Below are positions 24,194-35,509 of a stretch of 42,472 nucleotides of DNA, in pieces. How positions within the stretch are numbered: the first letter of the stretch is position 1; every line of letters starts with the position of its first letter. The notes beneath the pieces are model-generated. The model saw only the letters and a program-made list of their open reading frames with translations. It was not told the origin of the DNA and ran no database searches. Origin of the DNA: Octopus bimaculoides (taxonomy: Eukaryota); assembly GCF_001194135.2 (NCBI RefSeq), contig NC_068991.1, forward strand, positions 27,956,801 to 27,999,272, read 5' to 3'. A program made the translations under genes and the position numbers.

Positions 24194-24373
24194 AAAATTT
24201 AAAACCGTTATTTCTACATAAAGTAATAAATAAAATGATGAAATGTAAGCATTCCTGATTGAGTTGCTAATTCTGATGTCGGAAATAATAGCAACATATG
24301 CATGTGAGGGGATGAAAATTCGTGTCTCTATACGCTAAGAGCTTCAATGAATGTTTCCTTTTTTTTATTCAAG

Positions 24374-24465
24374 GAGTGAGCGAAAGTGATAAAGAGAAAA
24401 TTCTTAAACTGCACAACTATTATCGAGAAAATGTCGATCCTCCTGCTTGTAATATGATAAAACAG
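24374..24465 (+). CDS. CAP-EGF-ShKT protein, exon A (CAP N-term: GVSESDKEKILKLHNYYRENVDPPACNMIKQ)
   Basis: T-rich tract + aag acceptor, GTAAG donor at 24466; HN..R / P.A.NM CAP motifs; phase 1 to 0. Confidence 0.9.
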
Positions 24466-25389
24466 GTAAGTTGTGCTAACTTTAATTTATTCGCGCGTGC
24501 AATTAGGACACGTTAAATAATTATTATTTTACAAAGACCTTTGTGACCGCTCTTCTCCATAAGATTATCAGCCTTCGGGTTTGTTTACAAATTTATATAT
24601 ATACTAGACAGTAAATATCTATACAATAAATTTGACTGAAATTGAAGGGCGGGTTATATGGGTGAAAGGGATGCGTACAGAGCCATGAAAACAGTGATGT
24701 CGTGTTCGATCCTCACTGGTTCGGCCCATCATTTTCCAGTCATTTGTTTATATTGTGTCGCTCTTATTAGAGTCTATACTATAATAATTTATAATTGTAT
24801 AATAATATATCATTATTATAAATATAATAATTCATATATACTATATCTATATAGATAGATATACTATAGATAGATATGCATGCATACATATATGCATTAT
24901 ACGTACGTACGTACATACATACATACACATTTAGATTGACAAACGAGAAATTGAGCCCTCACTACATATGACAGAGTTTAGTATATTTGTATAAAATACA
25001 TTATTCAAAATAAAATTACTTGAATTTTTGTTCAATGCGTACGTCCAAATATCATTACGTGAACAAAGGCATTCTGTGAAATTCTGAGAGAGTGGCTTAG
25101 CGTAAGTTCTGGGCGTCATGTCTTGTAGCCGAAATGGCTGCCTTAAACGTAATATACCTTCAACTACAACAAATACACGTACCTAAAATGGCCGCTTTGT
25201 GTGGTCCGAACGTCCTACGCTACGCTACAGTGTGAACAGCTAAGAAATTAAACCTCAACTTATTTTAGATGTATATACTAGGTATTCTCTTATTCTTTTG
25301 TTAAGGAGCTGTAACAAATGAACAAATAAACGTGTGTGTGCATACATGCATGTTCATATGTATATTCAATTCAATTTCTATCATTTCAG

Positions 25390-25480
25390 TACTGGGATGA
25401 TGACTTGGCATTTGTGGCACAGAAATGGGCCGATAATTGTGACTTTAATCACGACAAGGGAAAACAAAGGAGAATACCAG
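25390..25480 (+). CDS. CAP-EGF-ShKT protein, exon B (YWDDDLAFVAQKWADNCDFNHDKGKQRRIP)
   Basis: tttcag acceptor, GTAAAC donor; WD..LA..AQ.WA..C.F.H motif; phase 0 to 1. Confidence 0.95.
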
Positions 25481-25499
25481 GTAAACATGTTTATTTTGC

Positions 25500-26730
25500 T
25501 ACATTTCAATTCACTAACTAACATTTACAACCAAGATAAGCTGCCAACTGAACTGGATGTTGGAAGGACCATAACTGATACTGTCAAAAAAAAAAAAATC
25601 AAGAAGACGGATAAAGTTATCAGACAAAAAAGATCTAACAGCAGAACATTTCCTCACTGAAGATTTGGCCAGGCATTAAAAGTGTGCTACTAAAACTAAT
25701 TGTGAATATCATAGGCAAGCACACAAGAAAATACCAAAATTGATTTGATGAAAATGATGGTCGGATCTGCATACTGATAGATGCAAGAAACAAAGCCCAT
25801 CAAGACCTCATAAATTCTAGAATCACTCGCTTAAGAACTGAAACTTACAAGGATAACTGTGCAGCTCTGAAAAAAAAACACCATCAAACTGGTGGGAGCA
25901 AAAGGCAGAAGAACTGCAAACTAACTCAAATTTAAGCGACATGAACTGTTTTTAGAGACTGAAGAAAGTATGGGGATCTTAGAATCAACAGACCAACATA
26001 ACTTCAGTCAATGGAAAGAGATTTCTGGTTGAATGCTCAGAAATTATCTGACTTTGGGTTGAGCACTTTAACATGCTGCTCAACGTCACCTCAGTCGTTT
26101 CTCAAAGTACAATTAGTAGGCTCCGGAATATCCCAACTGAATAGAAGAGGAACCTGACCACGCAGAATTTCACAGGACTCTAAATTCACAGGACTCTAAA
26201 GATGTTAAAACGCCTGGAGTAAATCACTTCTCTGGAGAGTTATCAAAACATGCTGGTGAATGAATAAAACACCATCTCCAGAAATTAAAGACTAAAATAT
26301 GATTAAAAAAAAAGATGAGATCCTGCAAGAGTGGAAGGATGGTAATCTAGTCACCGTTTTTATGAAACGAGATAGGATTAGCTATGGGAGGAATTTTTCT
26401 ACTTTCAGTTACAAGAAAGGTGTTTGCTAGAATGCTCCTGAAAAGACTTAACATCTACATTAACTTAGAAATCCTCCCTGAAACTCAATGAGGATTCAGA
26501 GGTGGATGAAGTACTATTGGAATTATTTTTACAATTTTCCAAATTCAAGAGAAATGCATGGAACAGAATATGCCAAAGTATGACACAGTGAACAGACAGG
26601 AATTATGGCAGGTCTTGAGTCATTATAGGTTATCTTGAGAAGTTCGTTAGGCTTCTGAAGGGTTTCTATTAGAGTATAAATGCTAGGTTAAGCATGAGCA
26701 AACAACTCTCTGACCCATACAAAATTACGT
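25500..26730 (+). mobile_element. Degenerate RTE-BovB-like LINE fragment in intron
   Basis: Eroded RKYQN*FDEND, PETQ*GFRGG*ST, IQEKCMEQN, DTVNRQELWQVL motifs. Confidence 0.75.
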
Positions 26731-26876
26731 ATTCACTCAGTTGTCATGAAATGGAAACGTACCAGTAATATATTGAAGTAAATTTATTAGATCACAATAT
26801 ATTTCGTTAGGATTGACAAAGCAAACTGTGGCTTCAGTTAAAGTAAAGTGTATTATTATTTTTTTTCTATTATTAG

Positions 26877-27016
26877 GAAAATTTTCTGTTGGACAGAACT
26901 TGGCACAGGGACACACCGATTGGGAAGCTGCAATTAAAGGGTGGCACAGTGAAGTGAAAGATTTCAAGTATGGTGTAAACACCCAAAATACGAATGCTGT
27001 CGGACATTACACTCAG
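26877..27016 (+). CDS. CAP-EGF-ShKT protein, exon C (GKFSVGQNLAQGHTDWEAAIKGWHSEVKDFKYGVNTQNTNAVGHYTQ)
   Basis: ttattag acceptor, GTAAGA donor; GQNL, W..E and GHYTQ motifs; phase 1 to 0. Confidence 0.95.
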
Positions 27017-27029
27017 GTAAGATAAATTA

Positions 27030-27113
27030 TGTATGTATGTATGTATGTAAATATACATATGTGTTTGTAAATATGCATATATGTATGTGTATGCACATGA
27101 ATATGTATGCATG

Positions 27114-27168
<55 letters not shown>

Positions 27169-27250
27169 AGAGAAAGAGAGAGGGGAGAGAGAGAGGGGGA
27201 GAGAGAGAGAGGGAGAGAGAGAGGGAGAGAGAGAGAGAGAAAGAGATAAA
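27030..27250. repeat. TATG/TA/GA compound microsatellite
   Basis: Directly visible. Confidence 0.95.
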
Positions 27251-27407
27251 CATACACATATCTACACACGTGCACACATTGTTATTTTATTCAGAAATTT
27301 TTTTAAAATACTAAATATTGTGATATTCTTTGGTTTTGTTTAACGAAACATAACAGTATACTCGCTGATTTGTGAAACTTTCTGCACTAATCATATTATA
27401 TTATGAG

Positions 27408-27457
27408 GACTACTACTACTACTACTACTGCCGCTGCTGTTGCTGCTGCTGCTACTG

Positions 27458-27506
<49 letters not shown>

Positions 27507-27507
27507 C
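27408..27507. repeat. (CTA)n(CTG)n(CTA)n tract
   Basis: Directly visible. Confidence 0.95.
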
Positions 27508-27569
27508 AATTTTTTTCGCATTTTAAAATTTATTATCATTGTTGATGTTATTGTTAGTGTCAATATAGT

Positions 27570-27737
27570 ATTTCGCCCGTCGCTACCTTCTGAGTTCAAA
27601 TTCGTCTGAAGTCGACTTTACCTTTCATCCTTTCGGAGGTCGATAAATTAAGTAGCAGTTGTGTACTGGGGTCGATCTAATCGACTGGCCCCCTCTCCCA
27701 CCAAATTTCAGGACTTGTGCCTATAGTAGAAAGGATT
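27570..27737 (+). mobile_element. SINE family A, 5' truncated
   Basis: ttctgagttcaaatt..gtcgactttacctttcatcc..ttgtgcctatagtagaaaggatt. Confidence 0.8.
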
Positions 27738-28403
27738 GTTAGCGTCAATATTATTGAGATGTTTACTAAGAAGTTTATCATAATATGATTTAAAAGTTGA
27801 TATTTAGGTCAGAAACAATGATTAAAAGAATGTTTAAGTGCATCTTTCGGCTATCTATTTCTTCCATCACATAAAAATTTTCCAGTGGTGCCAGGGTCGG
27901 TACCGCCCACTTTGAGAAGCACTGGCCTATATCTTATCTAGTTGAAGGTCATTGAATTGACTGCAACTCACTAAACCAGTGCTTTACAAAATGGGTGGTA
28001 AACTCACTCAGGAAGTAGTGGAAAACTTTATCTGCGACTAACGACAAAGTAGGAAAGTGATAGATGCATCTAAACAGTTCTTTCAGTTTTTGTCTCCTAA
28101 TTAAATATCAACTTTTTTAATGAATTTAATTATATTTTGTAAGGCTGCTTGCTAGCCACAGTCACAGCTTTTGGAACTTCTACTGTTTAACAACTATTGC
28201 TTTTTGCCTCTCAGTAGCATCATTATTGGGAAATGGGAAAGGAAAAAAAGAAGTCTGAAATATAGTAGCAGGATACTTAGCATATTTTAGATTAGCGGAA
28301 GCAATATATACCAGGTCATCAACAATATTTGTAATATTTTCTTTTCTATTTACCTTTTACCGTTATGATGTATCTAATATTGTCGCAATCTCTAAATTTA
28401 CAG

Positions 28404-28492
28404 GTAGTTTGGGCAACTACAACAAGAATAGGCTGTGGCTATGCCAAATGTTCAAACATTAGGACGTTTTACGTATGCAATTATGGTCCAGC
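28404..28492 (+). CDS. CAP-EGF-ShKT protein, exon D (VVWATTTRIGCGYAKCSNIRTFYVCNYGPA)
   Basis: tttacag acceptor, GTAAGT donor; completes the GHYTQVVW and FYVCNYGPAGN CAP signatures; phase 0 to 2. Confidence 0.95.
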
Positions 28493-29809
28493 GTAAGTTG
28501 ACTTCTATATTAATAAATGCTAATTTACTATTGTTAACTATAACTCTGATTAGCACGCTATTTAGCTGATTAATAAATAGATGGAGGTACCTATATATGT
28601 GTACCTTAGCACATGGCTGTTTATTTGCTTTATGACTATTTATTATTGTTTTCTCTTCTCTCGACTCCTAATCTATTAATGTTCTATGAAGTAAGGTAAA
28701 TAAACATATTCCATGAATTTCCACTAGACAGTAATTATTTCCATATTTAATAAAATGACACTCTAATAAAATGTTTAAACCTTTAGCGTTCAGATTAATG
28801 TCAAATGATATTCTTATTTATTCTCATTGTTTCAAATTGATCATAGCTTTGAGATGTCAATACTGTGATTATTTTTTAAATGACATTGTAGGGTAGGTTT
28901 GAGAGGCTAGACTTGATTGGCTTGAGCATAAAACGGTAGAATATTTTGGCCGGATATGGCCAGTTTAAATGCTAAAGGGTCAATTAGTAAGTTACTGATT
29001 ATGCCATGCTGATGATTTCCAAAATGAATGAAATAGTACTATGCATGATTACAAAAGATTGTAAAATTTCCAAATTAAGTAAAAACAAAAATTTAATATG
29101 TAGATTCTATGCATTTTTTTCCTTATAATTTAGTTCAAGATTTTAAACCCTACTTCGTATTATGGCGAAATGATTATCTCCTTTGTAATAGTGACCACAT
29201 GTGCTTTATATTCTTTCCTTAAAAGCTTCAGTCACTTTTTTGCTGACTAGCCCCAATATATTCATATATATTACATTACAATGTATAAAATTGACATTTA
29301 CTTTTTATGTTTAAAAAATATAGAAAAATAATATAGCTGATTTATAACTTACTCGGAGGATTTCACTGCATATGAAAAATATTGAGAAACTCTTGCTACA
29401 GACGTGGGAAGTAGTCATAAAACGTTCATGGTCCTTTTTCTTACATTCAAATTCGTTCTGCAACCACCAAACAATTCGTGGTTCGACTTGTGTCTCATCT
29501 AGATGGATCTAGATAAAATGATCATTATAAGATCGGGATCAGGCTACGTCATTGTTAAGGTTCGTGATATCAGTACTAAAGTCACGTGACACCAGCGCTA
29601 ATTTTAAGACATGTGGCATCAGTGCTAATTTCAAGACAAATGGTATCAGTGTTAAAGTTAAGTGACGCTAAATCAATTAAAGTTATTTGATATCAGTGAT
29701 TTTAAGTAAATAATTTAATATCTAATCTTGTTTCTTATAAAATTTCAGTATAAACCAGACGTCACGTCAAAAGAATATTTATAATTATATTAACTGATAT
29801 TTCTTCCAG

Positions 29810-29874
29810 AGGTAATTTCGCAGGTAAAATTGGGGAACCATATCAAAAATGTAGCAAGAAGGCTAAACTGATTG
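29810..29874 (+). CDS. CAP-EGF-ShKT protein, exon E (GNFAGKIGEPYQKCSKKAKLI)
   Basis: cttccag acceptor, GTGAGA donor; GN....PY motif; phase 2 to 1 matches both neighbours. Confidence 0.9.
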
Positions 29875-29931
29875 GTGAGATTCTTATAAATAACTATTTT
29901 CATTATATATTTTCAGTGTGATAGATTGAGG

Positions 29932-30148
29932 TTGCGAGCTGTCAGAATCGTTAGCGTGCCGGAAAAAATGTTCAGCAGCATTTCATCCGTCTTTATTTTC
30001 TGAGTTCAAATTCCATAGAGGTCGTTTTCTCCTTTCATCATTTTGCGGTCGATAAAATAAGTACATAAGTACCAGTTGAGCACTGAGGTTGATGTAATCG
30101 ACTTAGCTCGTCCCTAAAATTACTGGCTTTGCACTAAAATTTGAAACT
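29932..30148 (+). mobile_element. SINE family A, followed by a second partial head (~30160-30270)
   Basis: Homology to other copies. Confidence 0.8.
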
Positions 30149-31085
30149 ATTAATTGTTGTAGATTGACAGAATCGTTAGTGTCGGACAAAATGCATTGCA
30201 TTATTTATTTCGGCTCGGTACGTTCTAGGTTCAAATACCAACCGTGTTAACTTTTTCTGGAGTCGTTCAGTTCAACTAAATAAAAATATACGCCAGTCGG
30301 TAGGCTGTCGCAATTCTGGACGACATTCCGTGGAGTTTCTTTATTTTTGTCCTAGATAAAAATAACACCACTAATATAAGAAACACTTAATTATTATCCT
30401 CGTTATCATCATCATTTAACTATCGACTTCTATGACTGACATAACTTGGATGATTTGACAAAATCTAATGAGTTGTAAAGCTGTGTCATGTTCCAATATC
30501 TATATGTATTTTAGTGTGGTTTCTACAGCTTGATGCCAACTGATTTACTGAAAGTACTGGGTGCTTTTTCGTGTCAGCAGCACTACTGAAGACTGCTTTA
30601 TAATTTGCAAGGTTAAGGGCCTAAAGTGGCCCCTATAATTGAAGGACAATAGTAAAGAGAGTAAGCGATAATTCTAGTTGAAGTGATAAGAGGATGGGTG
30701 TATGGCAGGGAAAGAGAGAAGGGATTAATATGGTGTTATTGAGAAAAAGACGGGAATAGAATTGAAAGATGGCAAAAACAAATTCGGTATTACTCCTTCA
30801 TTACTGGTGGCGAATGGCAAAATATTTAGTTACATTCTTTTGTATTCTAAATTGCTTTTCAACCTTCAAAATCTGATAAAAATGTACTTACATTATATGA
30901 AGTCGAGCTAATGAGCTATACTTTTCCCCACTGATATATTACATGATTACTCCTTCATTAAACATTTTCTAATTAGGTATAGGTAATTGTGAATCGCTCT
31001 GAAGATATTCATGAGGTGAAGTAATTTAATGAGAGCTACAAATTAAGCTAATCGTCCATATTTATTTGCTTATTGAAGCCCATTA

Positions 31086-31217
31086 AGGTGGCGAGCTGGC
31101 AGAATCGTTAGCACGCCGGAAAAATGCTCAGAAGCATTTCGTTCATCTTTATGTTCTGAGTTCAAATTCCACCGAGGTCATTTTCACCTTTCATCCTTTT
31201 GCAGTCGATAAAATAAG
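31086..31217 (+). mobile_element. SINE family A, 3' truncated
   Basis: ggcgagctggcagaatcgttagcacgccgg..gagttcaaattccacc. Confidence 0.85.
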
Positions 31218-31627
31218 CTCTAAAAGCTTTTAAAACCATAGACCATAGGGCTAAAGCAGCAAGAGAAAACTCTACCTGAAAAGAGAGGATGGTCACGACA
31301 AGAATACTCTTCAGAGAACACAGGTATTAAACATCAATATAAACGTGAAGCTTGTTAATAATGTTATTTAACCTCCTGTCTGCTCCGATGTATAACCAAA
31401 GTGTTCCAGCCATCAACATCCCATCCTATTTGTAGATAATATAGGACTGCATTATCCAAAGTGTCCTTCCTATTTTAAGAATGCAATGTTTTGCTTGTTG
31501 CTGCTATTTGTAGCATATCGGGTTACTACATAGAGGTTCTGTCATTGACTCCAGTATAGATTGTCTTTTTTAAATCTTTATTGTCAAAAAATATTAACTG
31601 AAACTCACATTTAATATATAATTTCAG

Positions 31628-31729
31628 ATTGTAAATCGAATGTCTGCTACAACGGAGGTGTACTAGACAGAAAGACTTGTGAGTGTGCATGCCCGAAAAA
31701 AGAGAACATAAAGGGGCCGAAATGTTCAT
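31628..31729 (+). CDS. CAP-EGF-ShKT protein, exon F (EGF-like: DCKSNVCYNGGVLDRKTCECACPKKENIKGPKCS)
   Basis: tttcag acceptor, GTAAGT donor; six Cys with C.NGG and C.C...G..C pattern; phase 1 to 1. Confidence 0.9.
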
Positions 31730-31874
31730 GTAAGTTTTCAAACAATTTTTATGACAAATTATTACATGTTACTTGATATGGGCTAGTTATGTTGCTCTGT
31801 CTATGTTACCGATATTAATACGTCAGTGAAGATTCTTGATCGAATGGTTTGGGTTTAGGCTAATGATCGTAAGG

Positions 31875-31990
31875 TAGACAATTCGATTCTTGTACCAAGC
31901 AGCTTGTTGTGTCCTTAAGCAAGGTACTTCATGTTGCTCCATCAACTCAGCTGAAAGTGAGTACCAACTGAGTGCTGCTGCAGCTCTCTG
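31875..31990 (+). mobile_element. SINE family C fragment
   Basis: gtgtccttaagcaaggtacttcatgttgctcc..ctcagctg, similar to 10890-10940. Confidence 0.55.
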
Positions 31991-32349
31991 TCCCTCTAGA
32001 TGTCACAACCTGGTTATTTAACAGGGCTAAAGGTAAGTTGAAGGATCAGTAAGGGTACTATGTTTGCTAGTGACTATATAGGTACTTAAAACAACTGGCG
32101 AAATTATAGTACTTGCTACCAGGTCATACTCATTTGTGAGTGACGGCTTAGCTTCAACCACTATGTCGATCATTCCCCACCAAAATACTTCAATTAAAAC
32201 AATAACATCAGGAAATTGTATTTCCCCTACACATCCACCATTACACAATTAATTTTCTAGTATTTTGTTAAATATTTTATTATTTTGATGGCAAAGATTG
32301 CAGGAGTCATGGAAATCCACCTGCTTTTAATTCTATAATAGTCATGTGA

Positions 32350-32960
32350 ACGATCTTTCGTCTCTTTGGGCCGATGGTTTCCTATCAGCTCGCACTATTG
32401 CAGCCTGAACAGATGGAGTTCCCGCTAATCCTCGCTCTATCAACTCTGGTGTACATCTAGGGTTAGTTTGTCCCACACGCTCCCCACGCTCTTCCTCCCA
32501 TATATCATTGACTTTCAGCAACGCATACGCCGCTTCCTAAACTTCTACAACCAAACGTATTCTGCATACAATCTAGAAGCTTCACACGAAATTGCCACTG
32601 GTTCCATGAACAAAGATCTCATAAGTATTTCCCAATGAGGTCATGCTAGTGCTGTCTTCCTCAACAGAATAAAGAAACACTCACAACCCATATAAAACAA
32701 AAGTATTATCCCATTTCACCCTTACCTAAACTTGAACAGTACACTACTAGAACTGTGAGGATCGTTACAAATGATAGATCCCACCTGTATAGAAGATCTT
32801 ACCTGATGACTGCGCAAACCTAACCTGAAGGACATCGCATCATAGAGATTACATTCCATTTTAGAGGCAGAAATACTTCAACTACTAACAACTTTTGGCC
32901 ATCTACAAATCTCAGGTAAGATCTACGATGGAATACTTCTACCAAATCTGGGATGATGCT
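32350..32960 (+). mobile_element. Degenerate CR1/L2/Jockey-group RT fragment (same group as 2075-3000)
   Basis: INSGVHLG (GVPQG-like), TLFLPYIID, LLAIYKSQVRSTMEY..QIW. Confidence 0.7.
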
Positions 32961-33568
32961 TCTAATCACACAAATCCCCTTCACTACATCCAAAGAAAGG
33001 CCACTTAACCGATTGGATCGAAGTCACTCACAGACATTCTCCAGGGATAAGGCAGTTGGAATGTCTAGCGGCATTTGTTACGACGCTCTGGGTGCAAATC
33101 CTACTGCGGTCGAATTTGCTTTTCATCTTTTCGGGGTGGGATTCCATAGAAAGAGAAACAATTCAGAGAACTGAATAAAGAAAGTTGAATCCCACAGTTT
33201 AATGGTCTTCACTAATCATCGTATAAAAAGAAACCCGGTTTTGTTAACCATTTGTCAGTACTAGGAGCAATAGTAACAGGATGATTCAGAGGGCAATATA
33301 TAGACTTTATGCTAAATGTTGTTCACATTAGTCAATATGAAAATATAAGTATTTGGGGTCACTCGCTCACTGAATTGTAGACTTCCTATGTCAACAACGT
33401 TATAGATGTTAGATATGTGAAATGTAAGCCGATGATTTAGAATATTTCCTATTGACTTGAGAGACCTTCTGAATTTTGTTTGTATACATGGAAAAAAAAG
33501 TCCTTTGTGCAACATTATTTCAATATGCATTGCCTTCTGTTAACTTCTTTCTGATTTATTCCTTTCAG

Positions 33569-33685
33569 TGAATTGTTCACTAGCAAAAGATACTGGTGCC
33601 ACGTGTGAGTCTTCAGTTGCGAGTGATTGTGACGCCTATGCCAATATACCAGATGAATGTCCCTGGAAATGTGGTATCTGCCCAT
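33569..33685 (+). CDS. CAP-EGF-ShKT protein, exon G (ShKT: LNCSLAKDTGATCESSVASDCDAYANIPDECPWKCGICP)
   Basis: cctttcag acceptor, GTAAGT donor; six Cys ending in CP.kCG.C; phase 1 to 1. Confidence 0.9.
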
Positions 33686-34735
33686 GTAAGTACAAGAGAT
33701 TATGTTGCCATTTATTCTTTAGATGTTATCCGCTTATTATAGTTCGAAATATAAAGCAACATAACTAAAAATTTCATTAATAAAATCCACTCTAAACGGA
33801 ATTTTCTGAAAAGGTTCTGTTTGTTTTAAAATTCTACAAAATAAATAGGTTTTTAATCCTGATATTAGAATAATATCAGCATATTTCTCCTCACAAACAA
33901 CTAGTAAATGCTGAAAGTGTTGCAATAGTTATTATAGCTGTAATTATAAATTAAAAAAGATTCTTAATTAGAATTCTTTATTAAACTCCAGTTGTCTGCT
34001 TCATCAAATATTTCCCTAAATAATGACATGATATATATTTTTTCAAAAGAAAAAGAAAAACAAATTTGCAAAATCTTACAAGACAATATAATTTCTGTCC
34101 AAATACAAGAAATATTTACTGAATTCAAACGTATTTCATATCAAATAATTACTTATTCACGAATATTATCTTCTAATTTGGGAAAAATCGGTAGAGTGAT
34201 GGCAGCATATTTCATAATATTTTAGATACATCCTACTCCGTTCTAAATTCTAATTTTTCCATTAGGAACATGGACTGCCATTCATTTCGAGACAATTAAG
34301 TAACACGTAAATAACAATAACACGCAGAATCAATGAAATTAACTTTGTTGTCCACTCTTGAATTTCAAAGTGAGGGTTGGCAACAAGGATGACATCTGAC
34401 CGTGGAGAACTTACCTAATGGATCCAGTCTGATCTATACAAACATAGAAAAATGAACTTACGATGACGGCGGTGGTGGCAACGGTGGTGGTGGTGGTGGT
34501 GGTAGTGACAGCAATGAATATTGTGAAAAGAAAGACGAGGAGAATCAGGATGAGGAGAAGAAGGATGTGAGGAGGGGGAAGAAGGGGAAGAGAAGGAAGA
34601 GGAAATGTTTAAGCATCAACATAAATATATAATTGCTTACTAATTAATATCACAGAATAAAAAGTACCATGCAAAATTTTGCAGTTACTTGGTTGGTTCG
34701 CTGATTTCTGCAATCACACTTTACAACATGAAGAA

Positions 34736-34781
<46 letters not shown>

Positions 34782-35190
34782 GGGGACAGGCAAAATACAG
34801 CGACAGAGGGAGATGGAGAGAAGAAAGATGAAAAGAAGGGACACAGAAGGAGAGTGAGAGTGAGAGTGTGAGTGGGGGATAAAATGGACATACTGAGAGA
34901 GTTAATATAACAGGTGCAGAACGAGCATCTTATAACTTTGCGAAAAATACCCATTTAGATTTTCGGTGGAGTAGATTGTGATTAGGTTGATAAAAATATA
35001 GAAAATAATAATATTTATGGAAAATAAAAAGGTGTGGGTGTGTGATAAGAAGCTTGCTTCCAAACCACATGGCTCCGGGTTCAGTCCCACTGCGTGGCGC
35101 CTGGGGCAAGTGTCTTCTACTTTAGGCCCGAACCGAGCAAAGCATTATGACTGGATTCATTTGACGGAAACTGGAAGAAGTCCATCGTGT

Positions 35191-35229
<39 letters not shown>

Positions 35230-35472
35230 TCACTTACCACTGCTTGACAACCGGTGTTGGGGTGTTTAACTCGCCGTAACATAGCGGTTCGGCAAAAGAC
35301 ACCGATAGAATAAAGTATCAGTCTTAAAAAAAGTAAGTACTGGGGTCGATTCATACGACTAAAACTCCTGGATCTTTCTGATTTGGCGGACACCATTTGT
35401 TTTCTAACAAAACACTTTCAAACTTGGGACACTGGTAGAATGTGTCATATAAAACATCTTTCACTCTTAGTG

Positions 35473-35482
35473 NNNNNNNNNN
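35473..35482. other. 10-N gap with duplicated flanks (35342-35472 = 35483-35613)
   Basis: About 131 bp identical except for one SNP; typical unmerged contig overlap. Confidence 0.85.
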
Positions 35483-35509
35483 GGGGTCGATTCATTCGAC
35501 TAAAACTCC

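Noticed and set aside
24234-24373. Alternative first exon ATGATGAAAT|gtaagc spliced to exon A
   Set aside because: It gives a stop (TGA) with the main acceptor and no signal peptide with the alternative one.
24647-24727. tRNA-like segment with GTTCGATCC box
   Set aside because: The acceptor, T and anticodon stems do not pair properly; at best a decayed tRNA-derived SINE head.
33686-33768. ORF continuation CKYKRLCCHLFFRCYP.. as genuine coding sequence
   Set aside because: It begins at a perfect GTAAGT donor, so it is treated as intron read-through unless transcripts show retention.
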